From the NCBI RefSeq assembly GCF_000315625.1, contig NW_005434649.1, positions 624,968-688,967 on the forward strand: a stretch of 64,000 bases of DNA, read 5' to 3'. Both the position numbers and the translations under genes were made by a program. The notes beneath the pieces were generated by a model. The model searched no databases. It was not told the DNA's origin and saw nothing but the letters and a program-made list of their open reading frames with translations. This document shows positions 31,479 through 43,229 of the stretch, piece after piece. This DNA is from Guillardia theta CCMP2712. Its lineage: Eukaryota > Protista > Cryptophyta. Numbering within the stretch: the first letter of the stretch is position 1; every line of letters starts with the position of its first letter.

Positions 31479-33350
31479 TCACTCGCCTCGCCTTCCTAAC
31501 TCGTCTACGCACCTTGCGTATCCTCGCGAGCTTGCGTGATCCCGACGTCCTCTCCACGAACCCTCCGCTGCTGCTTTCTCGTTGTGCGCGGATCGCCAAC
31601 CTACCGCACCAGTCACCTTTCCCTCTTCACCACAAGGCCTCTCCTTACTTGGCTGAGTTCCAGTCCCCCGATGGCAGTGAGTCCCAGCGCAGGCTACCAA
31701 CACTGCTTCTCGCCGAGCTGTGGGTCTCGGTCACCTCCTGCTCTTCTGTCCTGCTTCCCCTGCTTCCACTCCGAGACTCCGCGGCGTCTACGCCCTCCAC
31801 CCTGCTGACTCGCGAGGGGCTCCCAGCGAGGGGAGGGAAGGAGCGCAGGTGTGGCGGAGGCAGCGCTTGGATGTTGTGCTGCATGAGCTTGTTCCTGTAC
31901 CAGAGAATCTGCAGCGACATGAAGAGAGGGGGGTGGGGACAAGACGTCTTACCGTTCGCTCCTGCTGAGCCACCGTTGACTTGAGGCCCTCGATCTCCCG
32001 CTCTTTCATGACGATGTCAGCCTGGTGGGAAGTAAGCTGAGCAGCAGGTGAGGGGGAAGGACCTGTCGCTCGCTGAGAACCTGATCCCTCTTGTTGATGG
32101 ACTTTTGCAACATGTCGACCTGATGACTCACGCTCGCCTTCAACAACATCATCACAACCGGACGAGACACAGCGATGAGGACGAGCAAACGGAGCTTCGA
32201 GTTCACCTGAGCCAACATGGAGGAGGAGGAGGAGGAGGAAGCTCTCGTCAAGCCTTCTGCTCTTGATGCCTCCCTCTCCTCGTGCTGCCGCAACAGTCGC
32301 TGCTGCTCCCGGATGATCTTGGTGCATCGGATCAGCTGCCGCTTGAGGTCTGCGGGGCCCGTGCCATCCATCCTCTTACGAGGGGAGGCAGTAGGCGTGA
32401 CGCCATGCTCAGACAGCATCCGCCGCAGTCGTTGGTTCTCCTCCTCCAGTTCCACCACCATCTCCTCCTCATGTCGCTCTGTTTGTATGCTCAGACTGTC
32501 CACCAGCGAGCCCAGCAGAAGGGCCGTCAGCTCTTCCTGCGAAGGAGCAACTTGAGAGTTCCACAGCAGCTCGTGCAGGCTGGCGACTTCGCTTCTCTTC
32601 TCCCGCAGCTCCTGCACTAGCCGCCTATTCTCCTCCTGCACCTCTTGCAACTCGTCGACAACCTGCGGCCCTCGGCGACCAGCAGGCTGCTGCTCCTGCT
32701 GCTGCTGCTGCTGCTGCTGCCACTCGTCCTTTCTCGCGTCCTCCTGTCTGCTCGCGCTACTTGCATGGTTAAGCTGAGGATCCCTTGGCAGCACCAGGCC
32801 CTCGATGCGATGTGGAAGGTAATCCAAGGAGCTGGAGATGGACAGGCCCTCGAACACCCGCACGAAGTCTTGCTTGCTCTGATGTGTCAGCATTCCTCTC
32901 CCTCTCCCGCTTCCTCTCCCTTACCCTCTTCCTCTTCCTCTCCCCACCATCTCTTCTTTTCCTCCGCCTCGCCAACCCGCCCCGTCAGTTAGGCCCAGAG
33001 CGAGAAAAATGCTGTCGGGGGACCAGGGTGGGGGGAATGGATGAGGCGAAGAGAGATGGGAGAGGAGAGGAGGGGAGGGGAGGGGAGAGGAGAGAAGAGG
33101 AGAGGAGAGGAGAGGAGAGGAGAGGAGAGAAGAGAAGAGGAAAGAAGATGAGGGAAGGGGAGAGGAGGGAAGGGGAGGGGGGAGAGGAGATGGGAAACGG
33201 TTCAAAGCAAACCACTGAGAAGTGTGAGTAGTTTCAACACAGACGAGACAAAGCCAGCAGAAGCCTCCAATGATGTCTTGACGTCTGATCCCTCGCAGAG
33301 CAAACCTGAGGATACATCAGCGTCCGCCTCCTCTGCTTCCTCTGTCTTGC
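31479..33350 (-). CDS. Coiled-coil hypothetical protein, multi-exon; limits approximate
   Basis: ORF 32006-32893 with heptad-rich segments (ELQEVQEENRRLVQELREKRSEVASLHELL) and further minus-strand exons. Confidence 0.5.
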
Positions 33351-33586
33351 CTATAGGAGGAGATGTTGCAACGCGAAGAGATGGAAAGAGAGAATTGATA
33401 AGAAGATGGAGGACAAGGAGGGAGGGAGGGAGAGAGAGGGCGATGGGGCGGAGAAAGTGGGGGAGGAGGGGGGGGAGGAGGATGAAGCAGGGGGAGAGGT
33501 CGAGAGAAGGTCTGAAGAGACAGGAGACGACGAAGGAGATGAGGCTGGAGCTCCTGCTGAGGTGAGAGCGAGATGAGAAGTCAACG

Positions 33587-36380
33587 ATGACGGTAGGGCA
33601 GGTCCAGCTGAGCAAGGAGGAGCTGCAACAAGGAGCTGCTTCTCTCCTGCTGCAGCGTTGTTATCGCGGTCATCTCCTCCGCCGTCGCTTCTTGTTCCTC
33701 CCTCTATGGGTCAAGTCTCCCGAGCTCATCGGAGGCTTCACGTGGGGCCTGCAGCTGCGTCGCTTCCGCAAGCGCGTGGAGGAGCTCCAAGCGAGAGAAG
33801 ACTACAAGGACAAGATGTTCCTGCTGGGGCAGGTGCTGGAGAAGGGAAGCAGCGCTCTCCCGCGCCGTCTGCAAGTTATTCGAGGAGGCGATGTGGTACG
33901 GGAGAGCGCGCGAGGAAGCGCTATGCATGATCTCATGGTGTTCTGCTTGGAGCTGGCGTCTTCGTACCATGAGGACGGGCTGCTGCTTCAAGCTCAGTTC
34001 CTCTACGAGGCCGTCGTGAAGGTGTGTGGGGACGCGACGGCGCAGGGAGGGAGGAGGATGCGAGGAGCACGACACATGGAGCTGATGGCAGTCGACCAGC
34101 TGTCACACATTCACCTCAAACGCGGAGACGTGGAAGGAGCGCTGAGGATGAACGAGATGGGGGTAAGGAGACTGAGAAAGGAGCATGGGAGGCTTCCTTG
34201 GGTCCTCCTGCAGCTCCACAGAGCCGTGATCCTCTCGACCATGAGCGAGCACGAGGAGGCGAAGGCCATCATAGACGCGGCGCTTCGCTGCATGGATGAG
34301 GTGAGGCATGACATGCTGGGGTCGGAGCAGATGCTGGAGGTAGAGCCTGTCTTGCATCACTTCCTCCTCCTCGCGCTTCACAACCTCGCTGTCGAGAACT
34401 TCTTCTTGCAGGACCACAAGGCCCTCACCACTGCTTGCCAGCATGTCATGAGCATGATCCGCTTCGTCCATGCTGCTCAGCCGGTCTCCCGCTTCCTCGT
34501 CTTCGCCTTCGTTGCATCTGCTCGCTCAGCGACGCTCCTGGTCAAGCAGGGAGGAGGAGCTCATCGTGCCGTCATGGCCTCAGACTCCAGGAGCTCTCCA
34601 GCTGACTCCAGTCCCTGGACAAGCACTCGGTCACTGATGCAGGAGCTGATCGCGTCGGGCAGCCTCGACGCGATCTGGTTCGAGCTGCCTGACACGTGGA
34701 AGGAAGAGATGAGTTTGCCAGCAGATGCTCCAGCTGAGGTCCAGCTGCAGGACAGCAGGAAGATAGTGGAGCTTGTGAAAAGAAGTGACGTGCTGGACGC
34801 TTCTCTGATCCTCCTCTTTGTTGCGACCATGCAGCAAGAGATCAGTCAGCTGAGGGAGGGCAGGGGGCAGGCGGAGGACGAGGGGACAGAGGAAGTCTCT
34901 CCCCAGTTGACGTGGCAATCTCTTCGAGACATCATCGGAGATCCGCTGCTCTATGCCCCTCACAAGCTTCCTCGGGAGCTGAAGGTCGTGCTGGGCATGA
35001 AGATGGCACAGGCCCTCTTTCAGCTGGGGAGGAACGAGGAGGCTGTACGGGAAATGGACCAGCTGAGCCCGGACTGGCTGTACGAGCAGGACGACTCCAT
35101 CCTGACCAAGGACCGCAAGCGCTTCCTGGTCCCCTTCTACGAGGCTGCTGTTGCTCTCAACTCGGCCGCGTGTCTAGTGCGCCTTGCTGACTTCCAGCAG
35201 GCAACCGAAAGAAGCTCTAGAGTCATTGAGTGGCTCTCCAGCGTGAGGTCCAGCAGAGATCGAGCTGGGCTGGGAGACGAGGAGCTTGAAAGCATGCTCG
35301 TTGCCGTGAGCTACCTCATGGGTCTCGCCCTCGCCGCACAGGGGCACCTCCTTCAGGCTCTCGACCTCACCCTCCTCGCCCGGCACCACCTGAGCAACTT
35401 GCCTCCCGGGACCTGCAGCCGCTGGAGGATGAGGGAGAAGGTCTTGCGCTTGCAGGCGCTGCTCGCAAGTCTCTTGCATGGCAGGGAGCAGCAGCAGGAG
35501 GCCGAGGACACGGAGCGACCGGCGAGGGCTGTGAAGACAAGCAGGTTGATACCAAGCTCTCTAGCCCGAGTGTTGCGTGAGAGCACGGGTAGGGACAAGG
35601 AGGGGGAGGGGGAGGAGGAGAGACGATACCGATGGACAGGCTGGTGGCAGCGAGAAGATCCGAAGGAAGACAAGAGGGCGGCGAAGAGAAAGCAGCTGAT
35701 GCTGCCGTACAAGAGCCTCACAAGGGCGCGAGACCGGCGAGACGGGATGAGGACGGCGAGCAAGAGCCACGGAGAAGCAACAGAGAAGAGCAAGACCGGG
35801 AGCAGCTTCGCTCTGCCCTTGGCTTCCTCTCCGAGAATGATGGATCGAATCGATCTGAGGACAATCAGGATGCATTCTCGCATGCTCTACGATGAGGTCG
35901 TGACGACGAGTGACCTCTGGAGTTTCAAGAGGAAGGTGGGTAGCCTGACGTCTCCTCCTCCTCCCTGATGTGGAAGGTCAACACCCTCACTCACGCTTGC
36001 AGGAGTCTCTCCACGCCTCGAGTGCCGTCAACGGAGGGTCTTCCCTTCCCCCCTTGCAGCGAGTCAAGAACGAGCGCGTGCTCGACCTCGCCTCTCGTCC
36101 CTTCTATTGGGCGCATCCTCCCCCCCCGGTCCCTCTCCCCTTGAGCTTTCTGCCGCTCATCTTCTCTGCAGGCCTCTCAGCTGGTCGTCGCTCCTTACGG
36201 CCTCAAGCCTTCGCTCGTCTATCAGCAGCTCTAGACCAGGAGGAGGCTTGTCGCTTTATTCCACTACGACCTGCTGCCTCCCCCTCTGCTGCTCTTCTAG
36301 ATTACACTGCCATCATCTTGTCGACGCGCCTCCCTTCCCCTCCTTCCCCTCCTCGTCGCTCTCGAAGTACTTCCAGCTAG
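33587..36380 (+). CDS. IQ-motif plus TPR-like helical repeat protein
   Basis: 793-aa ORF 33587-35968 with an IQ motif (AASLLLQRCYRGHLLRRR) and TPR-like helices (LALHNLAVE, MAQALFQLGRNEEAV, YLMGLALAAQGHLLQAL); probable extra 3' exons to ~36380. Confidence 0.65.
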
Positions 36381-37881
36381 CTGCGTCTGGGTTCAGCGCC
36401 ACCACCGGCCCATCCCCGAAGCCTCTTCTCGGCTTCAACGAGTTACTGATCCCCGGCCGAGGCTCCGACGCATCGCCGTATGCCGCAGCTTCGTCGCCTC
36501 CTTCACGAGGGCCCCACGAATATCCTCCAAGGATGTGCATGCACTCCTCTAGCTCGGGGAAGGAGCCCTGCAGCTCGTCGGGCTCGTAGTCTCCGTAGTG
36601 GGAGTAGCACCAGAAGTAAGCTTCGCGCTTCCCTCGCGCCTTCGCCGACCTCACAGCTGAAGAGCTCTTGTCCATGTCCTTGTCTGCGCCAAAGTACTTC
36701 TTCCACTTGTGAAACTTTCGCCGGAGCAATCGGAATCGACGCAGCTTCTCACGCACCTTGTCGGAGGCTCCATCCTCTCCAGCAGTACTTATTCGAATGA
36801 TCGTTGACGGTGAGGCAGAGAAAGTCGAAGCAGCGCTCGCCAACATCGCCACATTGACCTGCTTCATGCTGTCATCCGCTGATGTGCCAGCATGGCCTCC
36901 CTGAGCTGCCCTTGGAGATGACTGAGAGACCTTGGAGGAGGAAGGCAACAACGAAGCTCCCTCCTTCTGAAGCAGCTGCTGTCGCTCTTGCTGGTTCAAC
37001 TTGTTGAGCGAACTTGCTAAACTCTGTTCTCTCCCTTGCCAGCGCTGCATCTTTGCTATGGAAGTTCGCAGCCGATTGTTGATGGCCCGCAGTGACTGCG
37101 ACACTGAGCTCGCCTGGTCTGCCGTCGTTACCAGTCGCTTGCCCGCATACAGCCCTTGAGTCATCGGGCTGAGCCCATTCGTCTGCGACGTTCCTGGCGC
37201 GTTTCCGTAGCTTCGCTTGACCTCAGCGCTGAAGGGCGCGGCTTGACCCGAGTGAAAGTCGGAGGTGTAGTAATTGTCCTTGTGCCCAGGCACAGGAACG
37301 ATCGAGTTAGAGTGAGCCTGGTTCTCTGTCGCGCTCCTCTCGCCCTGCGGACTTTGATAGTAGGCGGCAAGCGATCCCTTGTACTCGTTAGGTAGATAGT
37401 AAGCTAAGGCTGCGTCCGGAGCCACCCCGGCCCACAACCCCTTGGTCAGTTTTGCGTATTCTTGTCGTCTCTTGAGACCCTTCAGGTCCTCCTTCCACAG
37501 GTTGTCCCAAGTCTTCACATTGAAGCCGAGTTTCGGTCGCAGCTTGTCTGCGCTCACGCCGTGCGAGCTAAGAGAAACGTCTTGGCAATTGCCTCCTGCC
37601 TGCCCAGGAGCGTAACCAGCTCTATACCTGCCCCACAAACCTTCTGTCGGGCACTGAGGTAAGTCTGGAAAGCCCGCATGCTTCTCGAGCACTCCTCGCT
37701 GAACGTCTCTCTTGTAGTCGTTGTCGTCTACCGTCAGGTAACTCATCCCTTCCCCTCCCACCTGCAGTCGCGACAGACGTTCTCCCTCGCTGCTCCACGT
37801 GACCACTAAGATCCCGAGCATGAGAAGCGCGACCGACGACATGCCTATCGCTGAGCCTATCAGACTCGCTCGCCGCATCAT
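36313..37881 (-). CDS. Lineage-specific type II membrane/secreted protein with coiled coil
   Basis: Long intronless ORF; signal anchor SSVALLMLGILVVTW; coiled coil SLRAINNRLRTSIAKMQ…; Cys/aromatic C-terminal motif. Confidence 0.6.
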   Translation of the reverse strand: MMRRASLIGSAIGMSSVALLMLGILVVTWSSEGERLSRLQVGGEGMSYLTVDDNDYKRDVQRGVLEKHAGFPDLPQCPTEGLWGRYRAGYAPGQAGGNCQDVSLSSHGVSADKLRPKLGFNVKTWDNLWKEDLKGLKRRQEYAKLTKGLWAGVAPDAALAYYLPNEYKGSLAAYYQSPQGERSATENQAHSNSIVPVPGHKDNYYTSDFHSGQAAPFSAEVKRSYGNAPGTSQTNGLSPMTQGLYAGKRLVTTADQASSVSQSLRAINNRLRTSIAKMQRWQGREQSLASSLNKLNQQERQQLLQKEGASLLPSSSKVSQSSPRAAQGGHAGTSADDSMKQVNVAMLASAASTFSASPSTIIRISTAGEDGASDKVREKLRRFRLLRRKFHKWKKYFGADKDMDKSSSAVRSAKARGKREAYFWCYSHYGDYEPDELQGSFPELEECMHILGGYSWGPREGGDEAAAYGDASEPRPGISNSLKPRRGFGDGPVVALNPDAASWKYFESDEEGKEGKGGASTR

Positions 37882-38059
37882 CCCTCCTACGACGCCTGCA
37901 ACGATGCTGTCAACACTACGCCACCATGCACAAGAGTTTGTCTTTCTCCCTTTCAAAAGGCATGGGAGGCCCTGTCACCACTTCTTACAGGTTCTGCCAA
38001 TCATCATATATCTCAACTCATCCCTTTTCTCTCACTCCCTCCATTCCACCATTTGTTGA

Positions 38060-38260
38060 CCTCCTTCGTTCCTTCTCCTCATCCTCCCTCCCTCCCTCGC
38101 TCCCTCCCCCCTCCCTCGCTCCCTCTCACACTCCCTCGCTACCTATCACACTCCCCTCGCTCCCCTCCCTCGCTCCCTCGCTCCCTCCCCCCCTCCCTCG
38201 CTCCCTCTCTCACTCCCTCGCTCCCTCGCTCCCTCGCTCCCTCGCTCCCTCCCTCCGCTC
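38060..38260. repeat. (CTCCCTCG)n-like low-complexity repeat
   Basis: Repeated ctccctcg units. Confidence 0.8.
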
Positions 38261-38462
38261 CATGGCTGTTTCTTCTTTCATGCACCACTCTGAAGAGTCA
38301 ACCATGCCCGCAATCGCACGACCGTTACAATCGGTTATGGGTTGTTTATCCAGCCCGCCTCGGTACCCCGAGAATCACTGACGACTCTGCTGACGGACAC
38401 GCCTACTCTCGTCGCTTGAAGCCTTCAAGCCTTGTCATGCCATCAGCCAACGTTGAACGTGA

Positions 38463-39050
38463 CTCCGAGACTGAGAGCATCTCCTCCCTCCACTTAGAGC
38501 ATCTCCTCCCTCCACTTAGAGCATCTCCTCCCTCCACTTAGAGCATCTCCTCCCTCCACTTAGAGCATCTCCTCCCTCCACTTAGAGCATCTCCTCCCTC
38601 CACTTAGAGCATCTCCTCCCTCCGAGACTTAGAGCATCTCCTCCCTCCGAGACTTAGAGCATCTCCTCCCTCCGAGACTTAGAGCATCTCCTCCCTCCGA
38701 GACTTAGAGCATCTCCTCCCTCTACTCCGAGCTTAGAGCATCTCCTCCCTCCACTTAGAGCATCTCCTCCCTCCGAGACTTAGAGCGTCTCCTCCCTCTA
38801 CTCCGAGACTTAGAGCGTCTCCTCCCTCCGAGACTTAGAGCATCTCCTCCCTCTACTCCGAGCTTAGAGCATCTCCTCCCTCTACTCCGAGCTTAGAGCG
38901 TCTCCTCCCTCCACTTAGAGCATCTCCTCCCTCCGAGACTTAGAGCATCTCCTCCCTCTACTCCGAGACTTAGAGCGTCTCCTCCCTCTACTCCGAGCTT
39001 AGAGCGTCTCCTTCCTCTACTCCGAGCTTAGAGCGTCTCCTCCCTCTACC
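38463..39050. repeat. Modular minisatellite of about 23 units (22/25/29/30 bp), core CTTAGAGC(A/G)TCTCCTCCCTC
   Basis: Tandem units share the core and differ only by reuse of a few short linker modules. Confidence 0.95.
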
Positions 39051-39316
39051 CCCTCCTCCTCCATATCTCCCGCGCCCATGCTCCTTGACGCCCAGCCGCT
39101 GACTCGGGCATCCATCAAACATTGACTGGCATGTTCAGTTATCCTCTGCCACCATCGCAGGGTAATTGATCGACTCACGAGTTGAGGCACTCGATCAGAT
39201 AGCGAGGACTGGAAGTTACACAGACACGGACCGGGAGCCAGCGAGACAGATCGCACACTTCTTTCCAGTCCTGCAAGTTTATCACCAAGGCTATGAAAAT
39301 ACTGTTTCGGGTCCAT
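39017..39316 (-). CDS. Possible small hypothetical gene running into the minisatellite
   Basis: ATG-started 99-aa ORF that terminates in the first repeat units; no recognisable domain. Confidence 0.3.
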   Translation of the reverse strand: MDPKQYFHSLGDKLAGLERSVRSVSLAPGPCLCNFQSSLSDRVPQLVSRSITLRWWQRITEHASQCLMDARVSGWASRSMGAGDMEEEGVEGGDALSSE

Positions 39317-39436
39317 GTATCAACATTCAACTATCTTCAGCATTGTTTATGAAAGAAAGTTAGCAAATACAGAGAATAGCAAAGAAGCACTGAGAGAAAT
39401 ACAAAGCAGCACTGAACTGGGGCTGTGAAACCGAGC

Positions 39437-39943
39437 TTAAGGAGGGCTCACTATCTTCAAGTACTTGTCGCTCGGGTCTCTGAACACATGCTTCGGTAAA
39501 CCAAGCTTGTCATAATTTACAGCATTTCTCCTCGTCGTCAAATTAATCTTATGCATCGGCTGGGATTCTGATTTTGTCTTCTGTTCACTGTACGTCATCC
39601 TAGGCTGATGAAGAGCAGGATGAGCTACACGCTTTCTGTACAGGCGCGAGTGTGATCCCCAAAGGTTCTCGTGCTCTTCGATCTGATTAGCAACTTTTTC
39701 CAACGCGCTCATCTTCGCAAATGTCGCCCGCATGTCCGGTTCCTGCGGCCTGCCGCCATTTTGATGCCCGATCGATCTATAGGCGAAACGGTTCGCAGCA
39801 TTTCTTGAGAACCGAGGGTCGGGAGCGAGAGAGGGTTGGAAGATGTTGTATTGCAGCATGGAGGTCGGACGTGCCGACCAGTAGCTCAGGCCTATGGCCG
39901 CGCATCCCGCCATCACCAGCGCCGCCGCCACCGCCGCTTGCAT
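39437..39943 (-). CDS. Lineage-specific signal-anchored/secreted protein, 168 aa
   Basis: Intronless ATG ORF; hydrophobic N-terminus AAVAAALVMAGCAAIGLSYW followed by RPTSMLQ. Confidence 0.65.
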   Translation of the reverse strand: MQAAVAAALVMAGCAAIGLSYWSARPTSMLQYNIFQPSLAPDPRFSRNAANRFAYRSIGHQNGGRPQEPDMRATFAKMSALEKVANQIEEHENLWGSHSRLYRKRVAHPALHQPRMTYSEQKTKSESQPMHKINLTTRRNAVNYDKLGLPKHVFRDPSDKYLKIVSPP

Positions 39944-40112
39944 GTTCCTCAGCGAAGGGTCAGACTAGATCCCACATTGGTGGAGGGGGTGGTTTCTGGA
40001 TCAAGAGGGGGTGGGGGTAGGTCTACCTGGGGTTGGAGGAGGCGGTAGGGGTGGTGATGGGAGACGGAAGGGGTAGACGGGAAGCGATTGGGTCGGATTG
40101 AGTAGTCGCAAA

Positions 40113-43100
40113 ATGTTGCGCGGAATGCGAGACGCGGCGAGGAGGATGAGGGAGATGCGAGGCTTGAGAGGAGGCGGACCAGTGAAGAGAAGCAGAAGCG
40201 ACCCCCATGCCTCCAGCAGACGACCAGCTGAGAAGTTGCAGGCAAGACGTGACGCTCTTAGCCTGCTGTCAGGTAACAATCAGTTGATGCCATGGCGAGC
40301 AAAACAAGAAAGCTTGAGCTTGAGAGAGAAGAAACAGGACAGCCTGAGCATGAAAGACAAGCAAAAATACAGCCTGATACCCTTCCACCATGCAAGCTCT
40401 GCTCTTAGCATGATCCGAGGCGGGACTGATGCTCTTTGCGTCATGAAACGGCAAGAAGCCCTGAGTATCCTTCGGAGACGCAGGGACGCTGTGAGTACAA
40501 TAGCGCGACGGAAGGATGCTCTGAGCCTCATCAGAAGAAGGCAGAATGAGCTCAAGCTCGTGGACTCTAAACAGAATGCCCTTTGTCCCATCAAGTGGCG
40601 GAAAGACGCCCTCGTTGCTATTGAAGGCAGGAGGAAGTTTTCTATTCTTGCAACACCTTTTGCACTGAATTCGAGAGTTTGGTTTGACATGGAAGCTGCT
40701 CGCCAACAATCTCAGCCTTCATCCAAAACCATGTTCATAACAAATGAGCTTCGCAGGAAGGTAACACGTGCTGCTGTTTGGGATATGTTGTAGTAACCGT
40801 ATCACTAGTTCACATCAGAATCGAAGTCCCCGAAGAAGATCAAGGCTGTCATCTTTGACCTTGGCGGAGTCTTGTTGCAATCTCCTTTCCATGAGATTGA
40901 AGCTTTTGAAAGGGATGCTGGGGTACCCGTCGGGAGCATCTTTGGTAACGCCGCTAAGCTAGGAGAGTCGGGAGCATATTTCCGCCTCGAGCGCGGGGAA
41001 GTCACCTTGGAGCAATTCTTGCCTTTGTTCCAGCAAGAACTTGAGTCAGGCGGTATTCATTTGCAGCGTGACGTGAGCGAGTTGTTCGTTCGCATAGAAA
41101 GAGCTCTTTTTCCTGTTCGACAAGATATGATTCAGGTGATCAGATCCTTGAAAGCAGAGGGAATCAAAACGGCTGCTTTGACAAACAATTGGAAGAGAGA
41201 TAACGGAGATACTTTTACTCACGCTCTTGGAGATCTTCAGAACCTCTTCGACGTAATTGTAGAGTCAGCTCTTGTTGGAATCCGTAAACCTGATGCAATG
41301 ATCTTTCAACTTGCACTTGAGAGGCTGAAGCTGAAGGACAGCGGAGAAGTCGTCTTCTTGGATGATATGGGGCCAAATTTGAAGGGAGCATCTACTGTTG
41401 GAATGAAAACGATCAAGGTCGAAGTCGAGTACATGCAAGCTATCCGAGAGCTCGAGATTTTGGTTGGTTTTCCTCTATTGGAGTATGTTGCTGGAACAAT
41501 CAACGTCAGGCCGCATTTGCAGATACACAAAGACAGCCTGTCAAACTACATCTCTCAGACCGGGCCTTCTGTTTTAAGAATGTCAGGACCAGTCTCCCGG
41601 ATTCGGCAGTTTGGCCATGGACAATCGAATCCGACATACCACGTGACGCTTTCGGACGGAAAGGAGTTAGTGTTAAGGAAGAAACCGCCAGGCAAAATTC
41701 TGAAGGTGATGTAGGGTCATTCCATGCCTGACTTGTTGAAATCTGAAATTTCTTCTTCACAGGGAGCTCATGCTGTGGAGAGAGAGTACCAAGTTCTGTC
41801 TGCTCTGAAGAAACTCAACTTTCCGGTTCCAACTTGTCATCTCTTGTGTGAAGAGGATCATGTTTTGGGAACACCTTTCTACGTAATGGACTACATTCAG
41901 GGTATTTCTCTCGATTTCAGTCTTCGTGCAACTGATTGTTTTTGCAGGAGAAGTACATAAGAATCCGTCGCTTAAGATGCTCTCTCCTAGCCTTAGAAGT
42001 TCAATCTACGAATCCATGTGTCAGGTTTTGGCTGACCTGCACAGGTAGAAAAACTGCTTGAGCGGTGTCATGAGTAGTGTCACGTGATATGATTAGAAGT
42101 CTGATTTGATCCGTTGTAGTGTCGATATAGAGAAAGCTGGCTTGCAGGCATATGGAAAGGTTTGAATTGCCTGAGGCGAACAGTCCTTGACCCAGCTTTT
42201 AGCAAGAAAACTTTTTTCAAAGACAGATAGGAACGTGGACAAAACAAGTGAGCTTAAACAGACCTGTTGATAATGCCTCATGAATATTGATGCAGTTTGA
42301 AGCATCGAAGACTGAAGGGGGCGACTATTCTAAAATGGAAGAATTGATCCAATGGCTGAATGCGAATATTCCGCCTGAAAACAAGGTCCAAGGCATAGCT
42401 AGAGGCTGCGGCGCACTAACGTCCTTCGATTTGTAGGCTACCATCGTGCACGGAGATTTCCGTCTGGATAACTTGATCTTTGAAGAGAAGTCAAGCAAAT
42501 GGTTGAGTTCGTGATTTACGGCAATCACATTCTGAACATTAGTGCAGTCTCGCGGTGCTTGATTGGGAGTTATCAACGTTGGGAGATCCTCTAGGTTCAC
42601 TTTCTGATGTCCACGAGTGTAAGAGTCTAGACTGAACATGGCTCAGCTGATCTCGCCTACAACTGCCTCGTCTACCATCTCCCTCCAACTTTCCCGTGAG
42701 ATTGCCATGCATTCACTTGTGTGCGTCTGACAGCAATCGCTACAGTCAAGTACCAGGCTTTGCTGGAGCTCAGCTGCCAGAAGGAATTCCAACAGAAGAG
42801 GTGGCTAGCTTATCGACGCTGCTCGTGTGCTAAGAAGGTGACTACAGGAGTACGTCAAGTCCTACATGCGGCGGACGGGGCGTCAGAGCATCCCCGCGTG
42901 GAACTTCTACCTCACCTTCTCCTTCTTCCGCATCGCCGCCATTCTTCAGGTGGGCCCCAGGCAACAGGGGAGGGGGATTCTTGAGGGTGATTCTGCTGAT
43001 GATTCGTCTTCAGGGTGTGTACAAGCGCTCGCTGCAGGGGAACGCGAGCTCAGACCGAGCTAGGGACGTTGGGGCTCTGGCGGACCAGATGACGAAGATG

Positions 43101-43142
43101 GCTCTAAAACTGTCCAAGAAGGCTCGCGCGATCGAACTTTAG
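40113..43142 (+). CDS. ACAD10-like HAD hydrolase + APH/choline-kinase-like phosphotransferase, with no acyl-CoA dehydrogenase domain; possible N-terminal decapeptide-repeat extension
   Basis: HAD motifs KAVIFDLGGVL, ALTNNW, RKPD and VFLDD. APH motifs QFGHGQSNPTY, VLRKKPPG, AHAVEREY, GTPFYVMDY, VHGDFRLDNL, DWELSTLGDP and AAILQGVYKRSLQGNAS. Stop at 43140-43142. A 48-nt intron (40761-40808) joins ELRRK to FTSESK in frame. Confidence 0.85.
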
Positions 43143-43229
43143 CCGCTGAAACTTGAACCCAACAAGTTTACTCGCTCAACCCAACAAGTTTACTCGTGTG
43201 CATGGCAGTCAATGCTTGTCCCACGCTCA

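Noticed and set aside
38463-39050. CRISPR-like array (constant core with variable linkers)
   Set aside because: The linkers are only a few nt long and reuse the same modules rather than being unique spacers; there are no cas genes and the context is eukaryotic.
43156-43196. 19-bp direct repeat AACCCAACAAGTTTACTCG x2 as a TSD or regulatory site
   Set aside because: The copies are only 3 bp apart with nothing inserted between them; a simple local duplication in a 3' UTR.
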